From positions 4,256,001 to 4,320,000 of the forward strand of contig OZ243938.1 in assembly GCA_965214095.1 (NCBI GenBank): DNA of 64,000 bases. The letters are read 5' to 3'. Below, in pieces: positions 1-9,782 of this stretch. Source of the DNA: Candidatus Poribacteria bacterium (GTDB lineage: Bacteria > Poribacteria > WGA-4E > WGA-3G). A model generated the notes under the pieces. The model saw only the letters and a program-made list of their open reading frames with translations. It was not told the origin of the DNA and ran no database searches. The position numbers and the translations under genes are program-made. Position 1 is the first letter of the stretch, and the number at the start of each line of letters is the position of its first letter.

Positions 1-560
1 TATCAAAACCCGATATGTCACAACGGTCCTACAAACAAGAACAGGTTCCACAAACGTTAAAACCGACCATTGCCTATAGCATGGTGATGTTATCAAGACC
101 GAATCAGGATGACATATTTTTAGATCCGATGTGTGGTGCAGGTACTATTTTGTTGGAACGAGCTGCTTCAGCACGGTATCGTTATCTCATCGGTGGTGAC
201 ATATCTGAAGAAGCGATATACGCTACACAAAGGAACTTTGGCAGAAAGCATCAACCACGGCAGTTCATTCATTGGGATTCAGAAGTACTGCCGATACAAC
301 CAAATTCTGTTGACAAAATCGTATGCAATTTACCGATTGATAACATCTACAACAGAAATGACACTATGCAGGATCAATACAGACATTTTCTTATACAATT
401 TGAAGCAGTGATAAAACCAGGTGGAAAAATGGTGTTGCTGTCTATGAATCCTTCACTACTGAATAAGGTGTTCAAGCAACATAATACGTTGTATGCGCCG
501 CAACAGGTGGGTGTTCAATATGGAGGGAAACGTGGCAGGATATTTGTGGTACACTGTTGA
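1..560 (+). CDS. RNA methyltransferase (UPF0020/TRM11-like SAM-dependent domain), probably 5'-truncated by the window edge
   Basis: LDPMCGAGTILLE SAM-binding motif and (V)CNLP motif; frame is open upstream of the ATG at 15 to the window start. Confidence 0.75.
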   Translation, partial: SKPDMSQRSYKQEQVPQTLKPTIAYSMVMLSRPNQDDIFLDPMCGAGTILLERAASARYRYLIGGDISEEAIYATQRNFGRKHQPRQFIHWDSEVLPIQPNSVDKIVCNLPIDNIYNRNDTMQDQYRHFLIQFEAVIKPGGKMVLLSMNPSLLNKVFKQHNTLYAPQQVGVQYGGKRGRIFVVHC

Positions 561-565
561 AATAT

Positions 566-699
566 GGCGAGGCATAGGAAGATAAATAAAAAATTCGATA
601 GTATTCGGTGAAATCTGGTGCGGTTAGGAAACCGCACCTACCAGGTTTGTGATATTGAGAATTACTGAAAGAATAAACCTATCTTCATAATACCTCGCC
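566..699. repeat. Imperfect inverted-repeat-bounded mini-element containing a REP hairpin
   Basis: GGCGAGGCATAGGAAGATA (566-584) vs TATCTTCATAATACCTCGCC (680-699); internal palindrome GGTGCGGTT-AGGA-AACCGCACC-TAC at 617-641. Confidence 0.55.
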
Positions 700-717
700 G
701 ATAGAATATACATTTGT

Positions 718-1803
718 TTAGAATTCAGGAACCTTAACCGCTACCTCCTTACCTGATGCGTGTGATCGGAAGATACCATCCATAATCACATTTGTCAGGA
801 GTACTCCCTCAGGTGAAATCGGGGATGGTGCATCTGCTTTGACCGCTTCTCGGAATGCGGACATCTGTGCAGCCCAGTTATCTTCTGGCGGGAATCCTGA
901 GAAACTAATAGTCGTCATCCCTTCGGGTGGGTCCGGTTCTGCTGTTAATCCCTCTGATTCAACAAACTTCTTGAGATCCCCTGAATATGCATCAGCGAAT
1001 ACAACGGGTCCATCCAAGGAAATCCCTGCTTTTGTACCAAGATGGAAGTTGCCACCGAGTGAGTTTGCGTGAACTGCCCAAGAGATTTTAAACACCATCA
1101 CGCCGCCATTCTCAAATCGGATCCATGCTGCGCCGAACTCCTCTACATCCATCTTGTCTTTGAATCGATCATCTTGCATAGAGATGTAATCTTCAGTGAT
1201 AGCAGAGACACGTACCGGTTTCGGATACCCCATCGCAAACAGTGATCTGTGCATATTGTAGACACCGATATCAACGATTGCCCCAGCACCTGCGGTCTTT
1301 TTATAGATGAAAGTATGTCCTGGATTACCACGTCTTCTACATCCAGCGGATTCAGAGTAATAGATATCACCGAGTAATCCTTCATCGTACAGTTTCCTTG
1401 AGAATTGGAGTCTCGGACTAAATGTGGGATTGAGACCGATTTGCAGGATTTTGCCTGATTCCTTTGCTGCGCGTACCATTGCAGTTGCATCTGCAAGCGT
1501 CGCTGCCATCGGTTTTTCACAGAGGACGTGTTTACCTGCTTTCAATGCTGCAACAGTGGGTCGTCTATGACCTTGGTTGTAAGTTGTAACACTCACAGCA
1601 TCCAGTTCGTCCATCTCAAGCATCTTGTTGTAACTTGAAAAAGCGTTTTTTTTGGGAACACCCCACTCTTCTGCGGCTTGGTTTGCCTTACTTTTGATGA
1701 TATCACACACGGCGATAATCTCAAAACCACCTACTTTTTCATAGGTGCCACGGTGTGCACGTGAGATTCCACCTGTACCAATAATTCCAACTTTGACAGC
1801 CAT
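718..1803 (-). CDS. Gfo/Idh/MocA family oxidoreductase
   Basis: VGIIGTGGI Rossmann motif, AGKHVLCEKP, GAIVDIGVY; ATG at 1803 follows an AAGGAGA RBS. Confidence 0.9.
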   Translation of the reverse strand: MAVKVGIIGTGGISRAHRGTYEKVGGFEIIAVCDIIKSKANQAAEEWGVPKKNAFSSYNKMLEMDELDAVSVTTYNQGHRRPTVAALKAGKHVLCEKPMAATLADATAMVRAAKESGKILQIGLNPTFSPRLQFSRKLYDEGLLGDIYYSESAGCRRRGNPGHTFIYKKTAGAGAIVDIGVYNMHRSLFAMGYPKPVRVSAITEDYISMQDDRFKDKMDVEEFGAAWIRFENGGVMVFKISWAVHANSLGGNFHLGTKAGISLDGPVVFADAYSGDLKKFVESEGLTAEPDPPEGMTTISFSGFPPEDNWAAQMSAFREAVKADAPSPISPEGVLLTNVIMDGIFRSHASGKEVAVKVPEF

Positions 1804-1926
1804 AAAGTCATCTCCTTTTGAGATAAGCAATTATTTTGATGTGTTAGTTTAGATGATTTTCGTTTGAAATGCAAGCAAAAATTGATTGTATATTTGCGGA
1901 ATTGGATTTGCGCGGCTGTCTTGGAT

Positions 1927-3372
1927 TTATGACAATTTCCGTTGGCGAATTTCACCCCAAGGACCGGTAATTGCAATAGTCACTCCAGGATTCTGGATAT
2001 TGACAAAGAGTGTAGATCCATCAGGTGAGAACGTTGAACCTGCAAACTCAGAGGTGTTTGACGCATTTCTTGCAAATTGGTAGGTGTTCCCTTCAGGTGT
2101 AACACCTACGATGTATTGGTCTTTTGAACCATCTTCACAGATAATTAGGTCACCCCAAGGTGCTACAGTTAGGTTATCGGCGTTTTCCATTAGTGTACTA
2201 TCATTCGGTTCAATGAAGAGTTCAATAGTTCCAGGTTCTTTTTCTTCCCTGTTGGTGCCTTCATAAGGACTTGGTGTATATCTCCAAATTTGCCCTTTTT
2301 GTTCAAATCCACCGTTCGTGCAGGCAATATAAAAATCACTTCCACTGAACCAAATACCTTCACCGCGTGCAAACATTGCAGCATATTTGCCTTCAACACC
2401 TTGTTTACGAAGATCATCTTCAGGCGATTCCACGTTCTCAATATCTACCCAGGTAACAGATAATTTCTCTAATTTAGGAATTGGTTGATATGTCCAAGGT
2501 GCGAATTTATGCTTACGGGTTTTCCAGTTACGAGTATCTGCAGACTTCAGGTCTTTGAGTACCAGTGCTTGTAGTTTTCCACCTTTAGCAAGTTGTCCTG
2601 GTTCATCTGGCAAAAACCGATAAAGTAAACCATCATTTCTATCTTCTGTTTGATAGACGATGCCAGTACGATTATCTACAGCGATTGCTTCATGATAAAA
2701 ACGACCCATCGCTTTCAAAGGGATAGCTTCCACCAAACCGGGTGAGGTCGTAACCGGCACCTCAAAATTGTATCCGTGATCCTGTTCATAAGTAAACTCA
2801 GCTTTTTGCACATTTTCTTCACAAGTAATCCAAGTATTCCAAGGAGTTATGCCACCTGCACAATTTCGGATAGTGCCAACCAAACTCAAAAAATGTGTCT
2901 CAAGCGTCATCGTCTTAGTATCATAGACAAGTGTAGTGGTCGAACCAAGTGAGGGTGCTTTCTTATGTCCTAAATCGTAGAATTTATCTGTGTCCACAAG
3001 ATTGATTTTTTCGTTATTCCAACCAAACGGTCCAACTATCTTATCGTTAACGACCAACTCGTGATTACGAATGAGTATTGTTTTCCCATTAGGTCCAGGA
3101 AATGCTGCCATACCGTCATGCTTTCCAGGTACCCACAACCCATCATCCATCTTCTCACCTGTCCGAGAAAATGCGTGTGCAACGAATCCCTCTGGTAAAT
3201 CGATGAGTTGGTTGCGTGTGGGTTTGAATCTATATGGAGGGTCAGGTTTTAATCCGGGTATATGTTTTTTCAGTTTGCTACTCACGCCAGAAAAACCGAA
3301 ACCTACAGCTGCCGATGCAGCAGCTACTGCTCCATAACTTAGAAACTGACGGCGGGATATGTTAAATTTCAC
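1927..3372 (-). CDS. PhoX-like alkaline phosphatase (DUF839), Tat-exported
   Basis: SRRQFL twin-arginine signal; HDGM, RNHE, NCAGG.TPW.TWITCEE, GRFYHEA, ICEDG, EFAG..FSPDG..LFVNIQ.PG motifs. Confidence 0.85.
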   Translation of the reverse strand: MKFNISRRQFLSYGAVAAASAAVGFGFSGVSSKLKKHIPGLKPDPPYRFKPTRNQLIDLPEGFVAHAFSRTGEKMDDGLWVPGKHDGMAAFPGPNGKTILIRNHELVVNDKIVGPFGWNNEKINLVDTDKFYDLGHKKAPSLGSTTTLVYDTKTMTLETHFLSLVGTIRNCAGGITPWNTWITCEENVQKAEFTYEQDHGYNFEVPVTTSPGLVEAIPLKAMGRFYHEAIAVDNRTGIVYQTEDRNDGLLYRFLPDEPGQLAKGGKLQALVLKDLKSADTRNWKTRKHKFAPWTYQPIPKLEKLSVTWVDIENVESPEDDLRKQGVEGKYAAMFARGEGIWFSGSDFYIACTNGGFEQKGQIWRYTPSPYEGTNREEKEPGTIELFIEPNDSTLMENADNLTVAPWGDLIICEDGSKDQYIVGVTPEGNTYQFARNASNTSEFAGSTFSPDGSTLFVNIQNPGVTIAITGPWGEIRQRKLS

Positions 3373-3530
3373 GAATACTCTTTTCCTGCTCTAAATTTAC
3401 AAAGAACAAAAATTCTGCACCTAAAATGAATCATCGTTGCCTTAAGGATATTCTTAAAATGTTGCATTTCTATTGAGAATTCTCTAAGTTTTGTTGACAA
3501 GTCATTATTCATACAACCCTTGCATTTGTT

Positions 3531-3560
3531 TTGACATAATATACCATTTTGTGTTAAAAT
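3531..3560 (+). promoter_or_regulatory. Putative sigma70 promoter of leuS
   Basis: TTGACA-18 bp-TAAAAT with extended -10 TG. Confidence 0.5.
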
Positions 3561-3679
3561 TCTACAACGAATTAAGTATAACATAGATTTCAGATTAATC
3601 TACATAATTAATGCAGGACGATGCTGATTGCAAAAATTAACCTTATTCGGTATGATAAAATGTTAGGAGAACAAATATA

Positions 3680-6235
3680 ATGGAGAACCACAGTTATGCC
3701 CCTGGAGAGATAGAACCGTATTGGCAAGCTAAGTGGCGGGAAGAAGAAGCATTCAAAATTTCAAATGATATTGACACTTTAAAAAAGAAGCCCAAATTTT
3801 ATGTGCTTGGTATGTTTCCATACACTTCAGGAGCAGGACTACACATAGGACACGCTAAAAACTACGTTCCCACCGATGTACTTGCAAATTATAAAAGAAT
3901 GCAAGGATACAACGTAATGCACCCAATGGGTTGGGACGCATTTGGACTTCCCACCGAAAGAACTGCTGTTCGCGAGAATGAACATCCTGCCCATATTACA
4001 AAACGAAATACAGAGACTTTTCAACAACAAATTCAACGTATCGGTCTTTCCTACGATTGGTCTCGGAAAATTGACACATCACTCCCAGAATATTACAGAT
4101 GGACTCAATGGATTTTTCTACGTTTATACGAACAAGACTTAGCATATCTGGATGAAGTTCCTGTAAACTGGTGTCCGGCATTAGGGACCGTTTTGTCAAA
4201 TGAAGAGGTGAAAGATGGCAAATATGTCGAAACAGGTGACCCCGTTGAACGCCGCCTGATGCATCAATGGATGCTCAAAATTACTGCTTATGCAGAACGT
4301 CTATTAGATGACTTGGATTTACTAGATTGGCCTGAGGGTCTGAAAGAGATGCAAAGAAATTGGATCGGTAAATCTGAAGGAGCTGAAATCACTTTTGGTA
4401 TAGAAGATAGCGAGCTCAACTTTACCGTCTTTACAACACGTCCAGATACACTCTTCGGTGCAACCTATTGCGTGCTTGCCCCAGAACATCCACTTGTCTC
4501 ACAAATTACAAAACCAGAATTAGTTTCTGATGTTTTTAAATATGTGAAGAAGGCAAGTAATAAATCCGATCTGCAACGCACAGACCTTGCCACAGAAAAG
4601 ACTGGTGTTTTCACAGGTGCCTATGCTATCAATCCGTGTAACAACAAACCTGTACCGATCTGGGTAGCAGATTATGTGTTGATGACCTATGGAACAGGGG
4701 CAATCATGGCTGTACCAGGACACGATGAAAGAGACCATGAATTTGCTAAAACCTTTGACATACCTATCGTTGAAGTAATCAGTGGTGGAGAAGAACCAAT
4801 CGAACTGGAAGCTTACGAAGGAGATGGAGTCTGTGTTAACTCAGATTTTCTCAATGGATTGAGAGTTGATGATGCAAAAGAAAAGATGATTGCATGGCTT
4901 GAGACAGAGAGAAAAGGCACACATCAGGTGCAGTATCGTCTTCGAGATTGGTTATTTTCACGCCAACGGTATTGGGGAGAACCCTTCCCACTTGCACATC
5001 TTGATGATGGCACTATTGTTCAATTGCCAGATGACCAACTTCCTATAGAACTTCCACCGATTGATGCTTACAAACCTACTGAAGACGGCAAACCCCCTCT
5101 TGCGCGTGCAGATGAGAGTTGGTTAAAGGTAACTCTACCTGATGGAAGAATTGCCACGCGAGAAACGAATATTATGCCACAGTGGGCAGGTTCATGTTGG
5201 TATTACCTGCGATTCTTGGATGCACACAATACAGATGCCCCCTTTGATCCTGAACTTGAACATTATTGGATGCCAGTAGACCAATATATGGGTGGTGCGG
5301 AACACGCAGTGTTACATCTACTTTATGCAAGATTTTGGCATAAGGTGCTATACGATTGTGGTTTAGTTTCTACTATAGAACCTTTTCAACGACTCCTCAA
5401 CCAAGGAACTATTTTGGCTGAATCTTTCCAAGATGATGCGGGAAAATACTTCTATCCACATGAAGTTGAGAGAAATCAGGATAATGCATCAGTAAAGTCA
5501 TCTGGAAAAGCACTTCACGTACAGATGGAAAAGATGTCTAAATCCCGATTCAATGTTATCAATACGAATGATGTCATAGATAAATATGGTTCGGATGCCC
5601 TTCGTCTTTATCTGTTATTTATCGGTCCGGTTACAAAAAGTGCACCGTGGCAAGATGCTGGTGTAGAAGGTGTCTATACATTTCTGCAACGTGTCTGGCG
5701 ATTAGTTGTTGATCAAGAGACCAATGAACTTAACGAGAAGTTGACTGATGCATCGGGAACAACGGAATCTGAACTTTGGCGTGCACTTCATGAAACAATC
5801 AAACAGGTAACGGAAGATACGGAGTCAATTGACAAAATGAATACCGCAGTTAGCCAAATGATGATCTTTGTCAATACAGCAACGCAGACAGAGTCGTTAC
5901 CAATTGAAACTGTAAAGATATTTCTGCATGTGCTTTCACCGTATGCTCCGCACATCGCTCAAGAGTTGTGGCACCGTCTCGGTGAATCTGGATTTATCGC
6001 ACATGAGTCATGGCCTCAATATGATGAGAAGGTGCTGGAAACTGCTACTGTAACTATCGTAGTCCAGATTAACGGAAAACTCCGAAACCGTCTCCAACTC
6101 CCTGCTGAATCTACTGAGAAAGAGATTGAGGCAGCTGCACTTGCAGACGAAAAAGTCCAAAAATACATTGATGGTAAAACCGTTCGAAAAGTGATTGTCG
6201 TTCCTAAGCGAGGATTAATCAACATTGTTGTTTAG
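3680..6235 (+). CDS. leuS: Leucine--tRNA ligase
   Basis: MFPY.SG.GLHIGH (HIGH), KMSKS, FTTRPDTLFG editing domain, RDWLFSRQRYWG. Confidence 0.97.
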   Translation: MENHSYAPGEIEPYWQAKWREEEAFKISNDIDTLKKKPKFYVLGMFPYTSGAGLHIGHAKNYVPTDVLANYKRMQGYNVMHPMGWDAFGLPTERTAVRENEHPAHITKRNTETFQQQIQRIGLSYDWSRKIDTSLPEYYRWTQWIFLRLYEQDLAYLDEVPVNWCPALGTVLSNEEVKDGKYVETGDPVERRLMHQWMLKITAYAERLLDDLDLLDWPEGLKEMQRNWIGKSEGAEITFGIEDSELNFTVFTTRPDTLFGATYCVLAPEHPLVSQITKPELVSDVFKYVKKASNKSDLQRTDLATEKTGVFTGAYAINPCNNKPVPIWVADYVLMTYGTGAIMAVPGHDERDHEFAKTFDIPIVEVISGGEEPIELEAYEGDGVCVNSDFLNGLRVDDAKEKMIAWLETERKGTHQVQYRLRDWLFSRQRYWGEPFPLAHLDDGTIVQLPDDQLPIELPPIDAYKPTEDGKPPLARADESWLKVTLPDGRIATRETNIMPQWAGSCWYYLRFLDAHNTDAPFDPELEHYWMPVDQYMGGAEHAVLHLLYARFWHKVLYDCGLVSTIEPFQRLLNQGTILAESFQDDAGKYFYPHEVERNQDNASVKSSGKALHVQMEKMSKSRFNVINTNDVIDKYGSDALRLYLLFIGPVTKSAPWQDAGVEGVYTFLQRVWRLVVDQETNELNEKLTDASGTTESELWRALHETIKQVTEDTESIDKMNTAVSQMMIFVNTATQTESLPIETVKIFLHVLSPYAPHIAQELWHRLGESGFIAHESWPQYDEKVLETATVTIVVQINGKLRNRLQLPAESTEKEIEAAALADEKVQKYIDGKTVRKVIVVPKRGLINIVV

Positions 6236-6250
6236 TGATTAAGGTAAGTT

Positions 6251-7276
6251 ATGCATCTATTATGTAAATTGTGTTTTCTTATCATATTCATGATGACAGG
6301 TGTTGTTGAATATATTGAGGCTAATGGAGGCAAATTGGTCTTTGCCATTAAAGAACCGTTACAAAATGAGGATGGGTTCCGTGCAACAACAAATACATTG
6401 AAGAAAGGACAGGATAAATCCAATTGGTGGGAATTCCATCACTATAATATAGGTATTATGAATCCTGATGGCACGGAGTTCAAACGTCTAACGAATGATG
6501 GGTTATCACGCAAACCAAGATTGTCACCTGATGGCGAGTTAATTGCATACATATCTGGTGTAAATAGTGAGAAATCTTTGTATATGATGTGGACTGAGGG
6601 TTCTGAAAAGACGGAAAAGTTGAAGAAAATGTATAACATTCACGATTTCTGGTGGTCTCCTTCCGGTCATGCGGTACTCGTTGTCGTAGAGTTTGACCGT
6701 CCCAAAGATAGACTTGAGAACTGGGTCATTCCTGTGAATGGAAAAGTAAGCAAATGGCGTACAAGGTATTGGGCAAAAGGATGGTTACATTGGGATGCAA
6801 AAGGTGAAAAGGTTAAAGAACCGAATAGAAGAATACTGGAAGTATTACCGGAGGGAATACAATGGCCCAAGTGGTCACCAGATAAAGAATGGATAGCATT
6901 TAGGACCGAAGGAGTTCTGGCACTTGCAGAACCGGATGTCGTTAGTATGGGAAGAACATGGTTCTTGCAGCTAAACGAACCACCTTGTACATACATTGAG
7001 GAGTGGTCACCAGATGGTAAACAAATTCTGTTTTATACATCTGGAGAGATTTGCATTGCGAAAGTTGAAAACGGTAGATTTAAGAGCTATAGAAATCTCA
7101 GTCTTTACAGAGGACGGTCTGCCACATGGAGTCCAGATAGTCGTCAGGTTGCTTTTATTGGTGCAGATAAGAATGGTAGACGGACAAGTGAAATCTTCGT
7201 TATAGATGTTGAAACTGGAAGTATGCAACAGATTACCTCAACGACTCACGAATTTTTTGATCTACATTGGCAATAA
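6251..7276 (+). CDS. TolB-like/PD40 beta-propeller protein, probably exported
   Basis: Repeated (W/L)SPDG motifs; hydrophobic N-terminus. Confidence 0.7.
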   Translation: MHLLCKLCFLIIFMMTGVVEYIEANGGKLVFAIKEPLQNEDGFRATTNTLKKGQDKSNWWEFHHYNIGIMNPDGTEFKRLTNDGLSRKPRLSPDGELIAYISGVNSEKSLYMMWTEGSEKTEKLKKMYNIHDFWWSPSGHAVLVVVEFDRPKDRLENWVIPVNGKVSKWRTRYWAKGWLHWDAKGEKVKEPNRRILEVLPEGIQWPKWSPDKEWIAFRTEGVLALAEPDVVSMGRTWFLQLNEPPCTYIEEWSPDGKQILFYTSGEICIAKVENGRFKSYRNLSLYRGRSATWSPDSRQVAFIGADKNGRRTSEIFVIDVETGSMQQITSTTHEFFDLHWQ

Positions 7277-7291
7277 TGCATTCCAAGTATT

Positions 7292-7428
7292 TATGGTAAA
7301 ACTTACAATTAATGAAACATATTGTCCCAATTGCTTATTCATATAATGTAAGAGGCGCAATGAATTGCGCGACTACAAACGCGTTTTTCTAAATGCAAAG
7401 TGTATAGTTAATTGCAAATTTCACTATA
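7292..7428. repeat. MITE-like element with imperfect TIRs and an internal class-2 REP hairpin
   Basis: TATGGTAAAACTTACAATTAA (7292-7312) vs TTAATTGCAAATTTCACTATA (7408-7428); internal GCGCAA-TGAA-TTGCGC-GACTAC (7355-7376). Confidence 0.55.
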
Positions 7429-7452
7429 GTTTTGACAGTTAAATAAACTTTT

Positions 7453-9174
7453 ATGGAAAATACATATATTACAGATGAACAGAACAATGAACTAATCGGG
7501 AATCAATCTAAAAACTCTTACCCCGTTTCAATCATTCCTTTAGGAGGATTAGGAGAATTCGGACTCAACATGATGGTGTACGAGACTGAAAATGACATCA
7601 TTGTCATTGATACAGGTTTCATGTTGCCGAACGCTGAGATGCCAGGGGTAGATCTGATTTTTCCGGACATCCATTACCTAATTGAACGAAAAGAAAAGGT
7701 CCGTGCAATACTTCTGACGCACGGTCACGAAGATCACATTGGAGCTTTGGCGTATGTTCTTCAGCAATTAGATGTTCCGGTTTATGGCACACAATTAACT
7801 CTTGCGATTGCAAGCGGTAGATTGAAAGAATACGGGGTGTTGAGTAAAGCATCTTTGAATGCTATCACTCCCGGTGATAACGTTAATTTAGGTGATTTCT
7901 CTGCTGAATTCATACATGTTACACATAGTATACCTGACTCAGTTGCAATCGCACTCCGAACACCTGTTGGGGTAATCGTCCACACAGGAGACTTTAAATT
8001 TGATGGCACACCAATTGATGGCAATTTGACTGACATTCAAACTTTAGCACGGTTGGGGACAGAGGGAGTTCACTTACTACTCTCCGACAGTACTAATGCT
8101 AATTGGCCTGGACAGACTCCATCTGAACGCAGCATTTATGATTCAATAGACAACATCTATCAGAAAACAGAACAGAGACTGTTTCTTTGCACTTTTTCTT
8201 CAAGTCTACACCGTATCCAACAATTTATTGATTTGGCGGTGAAACATCGCAGACTTATTGCTGTTACAGGTCGTTCACTTACTAACAACGTCCGTATTGC
8301 CACAGAACTTGGACTTCTTAAAATTAATCCGGATTACCTAATAGATGCAAAAGATGCTGCTATGTTTAAACCGCATGAGGTAGTTATTTTGAGCACTGGG
8401 AGTCAAGGTGAACCCCGTTCAGCGATGGCATTAATTGCACTTGATAACCATCCGTTTTTAAATGTTGAACCGAATGACACAGTTGTCATCTCCGCAAGAA
8501 TCATTCCTGGAAATGAGAGATCTGTTGGGCATGTTATCAACCATTTACTGAGGCGCGGTGTCAACATATTCCATGAACGCAATGCAAATGTCCATGTTTC
8601 TGGACACGGTTCAAGTGAAGACCTAAAACTTATGCTGAATTTATTGCGACCCAAGTTTTTCATTCCAATTCACGGTGAATATCAGAACCTTGTCCGCCAT
8701 GCAGAACTTGCTGAATCTGTCGGTATTCCAAGAGAAAACATAAATGTAGCAGAAGATGGCGAACTTATACAACTGACTTCTGAGTCATGTGAAGTGTATG
8801 AACGACAAGGACGTTCTGGTAGAGTGTTAGTGGATGGAAAACCAGAAATTGAACTTGAGGATATTGTACTAAGGGACAGAATCCAACTCTCACAAGATGG
8901 AATGGTAATTCCTATCATCGTGCTTCACAGTGATGGTAGTGCAATTGCAACTGAACCTGAAATCATATCTCGAGGATTTGTCTATATGGACGAATCTGAA
9001 GAACTCGTCAATGAAGCCAAAGAGATTACTCGCCATGTCATTGAAAACTTAACAAACGAACAGAAGCAAGAAACAGAAATAGTACAAGATGAGATTCGAG
9101 TTGCACTCCGCAAGTTATTTGCTAAACAGATGAAACGGAGTCCATTAGTGATGCCAGTCGTTATGCGCGTATAA
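7453..9174 (+). CDS. rnj: Ribonuclease J
   Basis: PLGGLGEFG.N, THGHEDHIG metallo-beta-lactamase motif, HTGDFK, HVSGH, PIHGE. Confidence 0.95.
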   Translation: MENTYITDEQNNELIGNQSKNSYPVSIIPLGGLGEFGLNMMVYETENDIIVIDTGFMLPNAEMPGVDLIFPDIHYLIERKEKVRAILLTHGHEDHIGALAYVLQQLDVPVYGTQLTLAIASGRLKEYGVLSKASLNAITPGDNVNLGDFSAEFIHVTHSIPDSVAIALRTPVGVIVHTGDFKFDGTPIDGNLTDIQTLARLGTEGVHLLLSDSTNANWPGQTPSERSIYDSIDNIYQKTEQRLFLCTFSSSLHRIQQFIDLAVKHRRLIAVTGRSLTNNVRIATELGLLKINPDYLIDAKDAAMFKPHEVVILSTGSQGEPRSAMALIALDNHPFLNVEPNDTVVISARIIPGNERSVGHVINHLLRRGVNIFHERNANVHVSGHGSSEDLKLMLNLLRPKFFIPIHGEYQNLVRHAELAESVGIPRENINVAEDGELIQLTSESCEVYERQGRSGRVLVDGKPEIELEDIVLRDRIQLSQDGMVIPIIVLHSDGSAIATEPEIISRGFVYMDESEELVNEAKEITRHVIENLTNEQKQETEIVQDEIRVALRKLFAKQMKRSPLVMPVVMRV

Positions 9175-9190
9175 ATCGTTAACTGCTGTC

Positions 9191-9782
9191 CTATTGATCA
9201 AGTTCCCATAAAAGCACGGAATGGTCTTCGCTACCACTTGCTATTGTGTTGCCATCAGGAGAAAAGGCCACACTTCTTACTGAACCGATGTGTCCCTTGA
9301 ATTCTTTTATTGCAGTGCCATTAACAGCATCCACAATTCGCACTGCTCCATCTCTGCCTCCGATTGCGATTGTATTACCATCTGGCGAATATGTCGCTCC
9401 CCAGATATAGAACTTGAATTCTGCGAGTGTGCTTTTTTTACGAGTATTAAAAGCATCCCATAAGCGAACTGTACCATCGGAACTACCGGTTACTATTGTT
9501 GAACCATCGGGTGAAAACCCGACTGAATTAATTACGTGTGTATGTCCTTTGAGTACTGTTTTAGATTGTCCAGTTGCAGCTTGCCATAATATTGCTGTCT
9601 CGTCAGAACTTGCTGTAGCAATCGTGCTCCCATCAGGTGAATACGCAATACTTCTGATGGAACCCGAATGGCCTTTGAGTGTCGCTTTTGTTTCTTCCGT
9701 AGCAACATCCCACAGTATACCAATATTATCCGCCCCACCACTTGCAAGTGTGCTCCCATCAGGTGAATATGCTAATGCTCTC
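9191..9782 (-). pseudogene. 3' portion of an IS-interrupted WD40-repeat gene
   Basis: Minus-strand frame reads ...SPDGSTLASGGADNIGILWDV...LKGH...FSPDGNTIASGSEDHSVLLWELDQ* (TAG at 9191-9193); continues the 5' part beyond the IS in frame. Confidence 0.85.

Noticed and set aside
555-610. Cys-TGA at the end of the first methyltransferase as another CU selenoprotein motif
   Set aside because: The domain is complete at that point, readthrough enters a repeat element and stops within about 16 codons, and there is no SECIS-like hairpin matching the others
3373-3679. T-box or other leader upstream of leuS
   Set aside because: No GGTGGNACC T-box or stem I motifs; only AT-rich divergent promoter sequence
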